Below, one piece after another: positions 55,863 to 64,000 of a stretch of 64,000 bases of DNA. The stretch's first letter is position 1, and every line of letters starts with the position of its first letter. The stretch comes from Octopus vulgaris (lineage: Eukaryota): the NCBI GenBank assembly GCA_951406725.2, contig OX597818.1, forward strand, positions 98,518,001-98,582,000. The letters are read 5' to 3'. The notes below the pieces were generated by a model. That model saw only the letters and a list, made by a program, of their open reading frames with translations. It was not told the DNA's origin and searched no databases. A program made the position numbers and the translations under genes.

Positions 55863-56308
55863 AAAAGGAAATACAGTGACTGGCGTTCAATATATTTGAA
55901 CTGGTAATAACATTGCAGTCATACATGTCACTGCTTAACGTTCCTACTTCGTAATCTATGTTCTGAGTTCAAATTCCGCCGGGGCCGACTTTGCCTTTTA
56001 TCCTTTCGGAATCGATAAAATAAGTACCAGTCAAGCACTGGGATCAATGTAACCGACTTACCCACTCCTTGAACGTGCTGGTCTTGGGCTGGAATTTGAA
56101 ACCAATGTAGAATAACAAAAGAACTTTGCCCTTCAGCGCATTGAATACTTATTTGCTGTCACCTTAACTCTCTGACTCAGGATACTTGTACCTCTACACT
56201 CTCTATCTTTCTCTCTCGCTCGTTGTCTATCTGTTCTCTGTCAGTTAGTCTGTTTGTCTGTCTGCCTGCCTGCCTGCCTCTCTGTCTGTCTGGCTGTCTG
56301 CCTGCCTC

Positions 56309-56347
<39 letters not shown>

Positions 56348-56401
56348 CCTCTTTCTCTCCCACCTCTTTCTCTCTATCTAGATATGTATATGTACGTATG
56401 C

Positions 56402-56458
<57 letters not shown>

Positions 56459-57066
56459 AGTGCATGTGTGTGTATGCAGAAGTATTTGTGTCTGTGTTAG
56501 TCCTGCACCACAGCTTAGCACCCGGTGCTTGTGTGTTTACGTCCCTGCAACTTAGCGGTTCAATAAATGTGACCGATAAAAACAAGTACCAAGCTTTAAA
56601 AGAATAAGTACTGGGGTTGATTCGTTCAACTAAAATTGTTCAAGGCGATGCTCTAACATGGCCGCAGTCTAATGATTGAAACAAGTAAAAGACTTACAGG
56701 CTTATACACACGCATACACAAACACCAACAAAAAAAGGCTCACACAAACACACACACACACACAAATACACACACACAAACACACACACACAAATACACA
56801 CAGGCACACTCACAAAAACACACACATACACACACTGACGCACACGCATACACGCACAAATACACACAAAGGCATACACACACAAACACACACACACAAA
56901 TACACACACAAGGCACACTCACAAAAGCACACACAAGGCACACTCACAAAAGCACACACATACACACAAACACACCCATACAGAAGCACACACACACGCA
57001 CACACAATCATACACACGCACACACAGTCATATACACACACACACACGCACAAACGTACACCTCTA

Positions 57067-57208
57067 CAGTCCTGGCCAAAAGTTTGGACATAGGTCTGAA
57101 AGTTAGAATTTTTATATTAAATGTCCAAAGTTCTATTTGGTCGGCGCGTATATTGGGTATAACAAATTTAATCTTTTAAAAAAGGTTCCAAACATTTGGC
57201 CACGGCAG
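57067..57208. mobile_element. Tc1-type MITE
   Basis: TA|CAGTCCTGGCCAAAAGTTTGGA ... TCCAAACATTTGGCCACGGCAG|TA. Confidence 0.65.
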
Positions 57209-57837
57209 TAGATAAATAAATAAATAAATGCGCCCTTTTAAAGCCTAGCCAGGCTCATGGGCCCGTTTCCCCGTTTCAATAGCATATGTGTTCCCCAGCT
57301 GGACGGGACGCCAGTCCATCGCAGCGTTACTCATTTTTGCCAGCCGAGTAGACTGGAGCAAGGTGAAATGAAGTGTTTTGCTCAAGAACATAACGCATCG
57401 CCTGGTCCCGGAATGGAAACCACATTCTTACGATCATGATGCTGATACCCCAACCACTAAGCCACGCGCCTCCACCCACGACTGTAGATAGCCACAGACA
57501 AATAGACGGATACACAAATTAATATAGGCATGTGTATATTTGTAGTAAGTGGAGGCGCGTGGCTTAGTGGTTAGGGTGCTGGATTCATAGTCGTAAGATT
57601 GTGGTCCCGATTCCTGGACAGGGTGATGAGTTGTGTTCTTGAGTAAAACACTTCAATTCACGTTACTCCAGTCCACTCAGCTGGCAAAAATGAGTAACGC
57701 TGCGACGGATTGGTGTCCCCTCCAGGTGGGGGAATTTATACGCCACTGAAACCGGAAAACCGGCCCTTATGAGCCTGGCATGGCTCGAGAAGGAAACATT
57801 TCATATTTGTAGTGAACAGACCAACTTTTAAACAGTA

Positions 57838-58414
57838 TTGGGTTGTCCGGAAAGTTTGTGCCGATTTTTAAAGGAAAGAAAAAGGTCAATAAGTTCTTGT
57901 CGTTACCCAAGCTTTACTAGGTGCTCATAAACGACGGATTTTGATAGGTTGAGGCTTTCTGCCAATTCTCGGGTTGTGCTATGTGGGTTATTCTCAATTA
58001 ACGACTTCATTTGGTCATCATCTGTAGTGGATGGTCTGCCTGATCGCTCTTTATCAATAAGGCTACAATCTCCAGCTCGGAACCTTGCGAACCACTTCCG
58101 TACAGTTCTTTCCGATAAAGAAACATCACCGTAAACTGCGCATATTTTTTTGGTTGCTTGTGAGGCATTTTTTCCTTTACGGAAAAAGAAAATCATCAAG
58201 TGCCGAAAATGAACTTTCTTATCTTCCATTTTAAAGGGTTACAGAATTAACACAGGAGGTTATAGGAACATAAACTTGCTTCCACGAAAAGATAGCTTAA
58301 ACTGTGCTCTAATTGCAGGTGTAGTCAAATCCTATTTTATGGACTCAAACATATTCTAAAATAAGTCGAAATGTAAGCTACTATAAATCGGCACGAACTT
58401 TCCGGACAACCCAA
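57838..58414 (-). mobile_element. Internally deleted mariner element
   Basis: TIRs TTGGGTTGTCCGGAAAGTT(T/C)GTGCCGATTT; TA TSD; N-terminal transposase ORF. Confidence 0.92.
57903..58229 (-). CDS. Truncated mariner transposase (DNA-binding HTH domains only, 108 aa)
   Basis: FRHLMIFFFRKGKNASQA...TVRKWFARFRAG...RSGRP...TTRELAESLNLS; catalytic DD34D region deleted. Confidence 0.75.
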   Translation of the reverse strand: MEDKKVHFRHLMIFFFRKGKNASQATKKICAVYGDVSLSERTVRKWFARFRAGDCSLIDKERSGRPSTTDDDQMKSLIENNPHSTTRELAESLNLSKSVVYEHLVKLG

Positions 58415-59713
58415 TAGATATGTGCAATTATAACCAAGATGTTCAATATGTGACACGTTGCTTAAACTATTGCAATAAAACATTATTTCGTAATTTCTTT
58501 TATTAGCGATCATCCCTTTCTTCACCTGAGGAATTTAACAGGATAAAAGGAATAATAAAACAAAAATAAAAATAAATTTAAAAGGCAATAAAAAAAATGG
58601 CCAACAAAGTAAAAATACAAACACACACTTAAATGTACATACAAAGAGCCTAAGAGCTGATGCGTACATTGTTTGTTGTCTTAAGAAATAATTCAAATAG
58701 CGGACATTGCTATCTAATATTACACGACTATTGGTTAATCATATCTAGTGTCACGATAAACCGTTTAACCAATCAAAGCCTCAAAAGTGTGTGTGTGTGT
58801 GTGTGTATATACATAAACACACACACGCACACACACATATACATATATGCACACATACATACCTACATGCATACTTATCAATAGTTGTTGACATCGTTAA
58901 GATCTGTCTATAAATAGACAAAATATATTATTAGCTAAGAGCTTTATGTAAATACGTGCAAAAGAAAAAAAAAAGCCCATTACATATGTAGGAGCAAGGT
59001 AGATACTAGAGAATATATTAGCCAGAACGGGTAGGAGGTGGGTGTGGCGCAGGTTTAATTTGTTGTTTTTGTAGTTGTTGTTTGTTTAAAATAAAAGGTT
59101 AAGGCTGTAAGCGAGGGAATCAAACATTTCTAAATCACACGTTGTTGAGTCATGGGAAACGGATCGCATTGTAATTCTTATTATCGTTGCTGCTGTTGGT
59201 TTGTTGTTGTTGTAGTTGATTGTCTTGTTACCATTGTTATTATCTGCAACAGAAATGCATACTACTACTACTACTGCTACGACTGCTGCTGCTGCAGGTG
59301 TTGGGTTTTTCCATTTTGCCAATTACTGAAAATTAAAAAGCACATTACATCATCCTGCACGCATACGTATATCTATATTATGGGCGTATGTTTTCCAAGA
59401 AACCGCGAAGAAAATTAATCACTAGTAAAAAAAATAAATTACCATCATGAAAAAAGAAAGGCACACTCCTAGAAGAAACGGTGCATTCGTTGAGCTAGAA
59501 GCATCACAGAAGCAGGACATTCCACAAAACTACCCTCAACTCCCGTCCCAGTGGAAACTCTGCAACCTTAGTGCGGTCATAGATGCATCTCTATGGGAGG
59601 GTGGAGGTGGCTCCCCTCCCCCAGCTTTTGTGCACCACACTAATGCGTCTTTAGCATTGTGGGTTGCTATCTGGTTCCTTCCTCCCCGATGACGCTACAG
59701 TAATGGTCTAGAG

Positions 59714-59900
59714 CAGTGTTGCGCGACCAGCATACCGCGGCACAATGGTGCGTCACGAGATGATGCTAGGTGTGCCGCTGGGTAACCTGGATATAATTTT
59801 TTCCCCTATACTTTTAGTTATATTTTCAGGTCAGGTGCGCCGCCGAATTTTGAAAAGAATATAAGTGTACCGCAAGTGAACAAAGGTTGCGGGGCCACAG
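59714..59900. mobile_element. hAT-type MITE remnant
   Basis: CAGTGTTGCGCGACC ... AAAGGTTGCGGGGCCACAG with GTGTGCCGC-type repeats. Confidence 0.45.
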
Positions 59901-60012
59901 ACTATTACTGGGGCCGCCCAGGAAAAATAAATTGTTAAATTGAATCTCTATTTTATTCAGTATCGCAGTCTACAGGCTGTTTTTGTATAATATATTAATT
60001 ATTTATGTAATA

Positions 60013-60525
60013 CTAGCAGTATCGCCCGGCGTTGCTCGGGTTTGTAAGGGAAATAACTATATAAGCATTTTTAGAGAGTTACTTCCCTTATAGATGCCAA
60101 TTCGGGCTTTCTTAGCTATTTCTGTTTTGGTGTCTTCAAGCCATGAAGTCGTTGTTCTAAAAGAACGCTGGTCTCCTTGACAACGCTTTACGACGTTGAT
60201 TTCCTTACACTCCCTTCCCCACAGCTTCACGAGGGAGGGAAGAAGGGGGAGAAGCAAACAGGTGCAGGTGTGACCATGGACGCCAACTCCGCCGCCATCG
60301 ACACACGAAAAATTATGCATTAAAATGGAATAAAAAATGATGTTAAATTATTTTTAAAATCGTAGACTCATCGTAGACGCGCGCTAATACTCAGACGGGC
60401 TCGATATGAATCACGACTATAAGATACCCGAATTTGGTTAAACTGCACCGCAAAATGTGGGAGTAGTTAGGAATCTAAATCGAAGGGGACAGACACTCAC
60501 ACAACTACAGTTTTATATATATAGA
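60013..60525 (-). mobile_element. Non-autonomous Helitron
   Basis: A|TC 5' end; subterminal hairpin CCCGAGCAACGCCGGG; CTAG|T 3' end; no TSD. Confidence 0.8.
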
Positions 60526-60834
60526 TATGTTCTACATTCTTTCATTCTTTAACTTGTTTCAATCGTTAGACTGCGGCCATGCTGGGCAACATCTTCAAGA
60601 AGCTTAGTCGAATGAATAGATCCCAGCGCCTATTTTCTTCTTAAGCCTAGTACTTATTCTATCTGTTTCTTTTGCCGTACCGCTAGTTTATGCGGACATA
60701 AACATACCATCACTGGTTATCAAGCGGCGGTGGGGGACAAACTCAAAGACAAAGACACAAACACACACACACACACACACATACACACACACACACATAT
60801 ATATATATATAAAATAATAATAATAATAATAATA

Positions 60835-61066
60835 TATTTCTTTACTACCCACAAGGGGCTAAACATAGAGGGGACAAACAAGGACAGACAAACGGATTAA
60901 GTCGATTACATCGACCCCAGTGCGTAACTGGTACTTAATTTATCGACCCCGAAAGGATGAAAGGCAAAGTCGACCTCGGCGGAATTTGAACCCAGAACGC
61001 AACGGCAGACTAAATACGGCTACGCATTTCGCCCGGCGTGCTAACGTTTCTGCCAGCTCGCCGCCA
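60835..61066 (-). mobile_element. SINE family A monomer (further copies at about 72-448, 3372-3624, 11155-11365, 11954-12370, 13508-13822, 14064-14395, 27570-28210, 39030-39245)
   Basis: Shared core GGTCGACTTTGCCTTTCATCCTTTCGGGGTCGATAAATTAAGTACCAG and tRNA-like head. Confidence 0.85.
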
Positions 61067-61094
61067 ATAATAATATTAATAATAATGATGATGG

Positions 61095-61155
<61 letters not shown>

Positions 61156-61176
61156 GGTGGTGATGATGATGAAAAA

Positions 61177-61223
<47 letters not shown>

Positions 61224-61224
61224 A

Positions 61225-61310
<86 letters not shown>
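61066..61310. repeat. Compound trinucleotide microsatellite (AAT/GAT/GGT/TAG)
   Basis: Directly visible. Confidence 0.95.
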
Positions 61311-61312
<2 letters not shown>

Positions 61313-61371
61313 GAAAACATATTTCTACGTCCAGTTTTATTCTGCTGTCAATCACGTCTTTCCATTTCCGC

Positions 61372-61462
61372 ACTTACATATGTTTCTGCTGAAATTTCAT
61401 GCACACTGCAAAATTTTGCTTCTTGGTATACATTCCAGTGTTAATTGCTGCTTCATCAGGGT
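61372..61462 (-). ncRNA. Degenerate hammerhead with long stem II
   Basis: Minus strand: CUGAUGA AGCAGCAAUUAACACUG...CAGUGU...AAUUUCAGCA GAAAC AUAU GUA; stem I is cut off by (TA)n. Confidence 0.5.
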
Positions 61463-61479
61463 ATATATATATATATATA

Positions 61480-61656
61480 TCATCTTGATCACCTGTACTG
61501 ACCAGTCCGTCGGGCGTCCATTTGACACACTATCCACTCCTCTCTGGATCGCGCCTTTCTCATCTAATCGCCCTCCTGAAATCGTAACTCCACCGTCCTG
61601 GAGACATTCCGAGTAGTGGTTTCCGGTTGCGCGGGTACCACTCGAGTGGTGGAGTG

Positions 61657-61660
<4 letters not shown>
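61480..61660 (-). mobile_element. Very short RTE 3' fragment in (TA)n
   Basis: LEWYPRNRKPLLGMSPGRWSYDFRR, resembling the RTE WxPxxxKRxxGRPxxRW motif. Confidence 0.55.
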
Positions 61661-61700
<40 letters not shown>

Positions 61701-62599
61701 AGGTGCCAAGGTGCTACACAATGGAAGTGAACCCGGAACATTAACAAGAGGCATTCGACATCTTTGGCTGACTTTGTGTTGCGCCTTAAATCACGCATAA
61801 CGGAGATGCAGACTCTGCTCCAAGGAATCCCTGTCTATTCTCTGGACTAATGAGAAGATCATTAATAACATTTCTGAAAGACTATCAAATTGCTTACATG
61901 CTTATAAATGCACTTTTGCACAATTCAGTGAGAATAAATTTGTGTTATTGTTACCCAAATTAATAGACATAAATTTATCTTACGGCATGGATGAATTAAT
62001 TGTAACCTCCTCATTCTTTATAAACACAAAGTATCAATTTGATTCGCTGTGTGAGCGTATGTGCGCCAAACCATGCGTGTGAGCATGCCTATACCTTTGT
62101 GTAAGTTTGTTCAAGCGAGTGTACGTGCGGCATACAATCTAAGCGAGGGCGCTTATACATCCATTTGTGCTAAAGATTATATTTAATACTTTTTTTGCTG
62201 TATTGTGTATTTATTTCTTTTTGAATCTGATTTTTATTGATCTTGTATAATAATGAAGCTGTATGCCTTAATATGCTCCTATTGTATGCACATAGCGAGA
62301 AGAAAACTTGCGGAAAAGACGTTATTTTAACGAAATACATCTTGTAATCACTCTCGAAGAGACACATCTACACCGACGAATACTTCTAAACCAGTTGTCC
62401 AGCTACCTACCAGGGAGGGATCGATGCTAGATCGGTCGAAACAATTGTAGTGATAAATAAACATTCTCGTATCTCCCGTCTCTCTCATATATATATATGT
62501 GTGTATGTGTGTGAGAGTGTGCGCGCGCGCGCGTAATTATAATAGTTTCTTAATTAACCAGAAGATGGATTTAATATTAATCTTTATTTTGTACAACGG

Positions 62600-63400
62600 T
62601 CATTTTGACCCATCCTGCTACTGACCCATCTTCTGTGGCATGGTGCAGAGTCCTATTGCCGGACATAAGGTATTACAGTAGCCACCTTCTTGACCCAGGG
62701 CAGCACCATCTCCTGCAGGCACTTGATGTAGGCCTCCGTGTTGAGTCTGAGGCCGTGTGGGAAGATGAATGGAGGCATAACATTGCCATCACTAGTGATC
62801 ACCCCAAACACTATGATGTTGACTGGATCTTAGATGTTTATCACCCTCGGTTCATGTTTTGAGGACGCGGCTAGCCAACAGTTGTTTTGTGTGTTCACCA
62901 TCTGATCCTTGCAGAAATTTTTCTCGTCTAAGAAAAACTAAAGCATGTTCAGTTGGAGGGGAATTGCTTGAGTTTGTTCAAAAGATTCGTAGCACGGTCT
63001 TTCCTCTTGTCATTGATGGCTTGGGATAAAAATTGGCCCTTTCACATCTTGTATGAGGAATACCGAATGTCTTCATTCACTACTTGCCCGATAAGAAACT
63101 CAGAAACTCCCATGTCCCTGGCGATGAACCTGATTGACTTGGAGGGACAGTTTTCAATCATGGCCTGGATCTCACCAACAAATTCAGGTGTTCTTTTCTC
63201 ATCAGTACGATCAGAATGAGTTTTCCAGCTGTTGTACCTTCGTAATCACCATTAGACTCATCCAACTCTTTCCGAATCCTCTGCACGATTGACACCCAAA
63301 ACACTGAAATGTTCGTATTGAAGCTTCCAGCGCGAAAGCCAAGCAGTACAGCATGTCGTTTCCAAATCTCTGGCAGAATCAATTGCGTTATGGTGCTGTT
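62600..63400 (-). pseudogene. Degraded DD37D/maT-type (Tc1/mariner superfamily) transposase
   Basis: Manual translation: FLDEKNF..DQ..NTQN; PVNIIVFGVITSDGNVMPPFIFPHGLRLNTEAYIKCL...QQDSAPCH. Confidence 0.75.
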
Positions 63401-64000
63401 TTTCTCACAGACGGTTCCCAACTGACTCTAATATATTGTGTACTCTTTTACTTGTTTCAGTTATTTGTCTGCGGCCATACTGGAGCACCGCCTTTAGCCG
63501 AGCAAATCGACCCCAGGACTTATTCTTTGTAAGCCTAGTACTTATTTTATCGGTCTCTTTTGCCGAACTGCTACGTTACGGGGACGTAAACACACCAGCA
63601 TCGGTTGTAAAGCGATGTTGGGGGACAAACACAGACACAAACATATACACACACATACATATGTATACATATACATATATGCGACGGACTTCTTTCAGTT
63701 TCCGTCTACCAAATCCACTTACAAGGATTTGGTCGGCCGGAGGCTATAGTAGAAGACACTCGACCAAGGTGTTACGCAGTGGGACTGAACCCGGAACCAT
63801 GTTGTTGGTAAGCAAGCTACTTACCACACAGCCACTCCTACGACTATAGTCAACAAAATCAAAATCAAGCAATGCGCTTGCGCAAAATAAAAAAAAGTAA
63901 AATGGTGACAATTTACCCATTACACGCTGTGTGTCTGTGTGTTTATATATAATTAATGTGAGTAATGTCTGTGTGTTTGCATATGTCCCTAGGTACCTAT

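Overview
AT-rich, microsatellite- and SINE-saturated eukaryotic DNA. The SINE families resemble those of octopod cephalopods (inference from recognition). No host protein-coding gene can be supported, and most ORFs in the track are translated microsatellites. The one intact coding element is a full-length Tx1-clade non-LTR retrotransposon (42530-47886, minus strand; ORF1 with zinc knuckle, ORF2 APE-RT-CCHC; perfect 17-bp TSD). It sits inside a 362-bp tandem repeat that carries a minimal type I hammerhead ribozyme (HHR) with a non-canonical but compensated U3-A8 core, a Penelope pLTR/retrozyme-like unit, and it inserted just upstream of and co-oriented with that ribozyme. An unrelated canonical HHR element lies about 300 bp past the array's right end (about 630 bp from the Tx1 5' end), and several degenerate HHRs occur in other small elements. 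The rest consists of fossil or truncated TEs (R4/Dong-like in (TAA)n, RTE, CR1, I-group, mariner, DD37D/maT, MULE, Helitron, MITEs), three tRNA-SINE families including multimers, and long microsatellites. Coordinates of degenerate elements are approximate.
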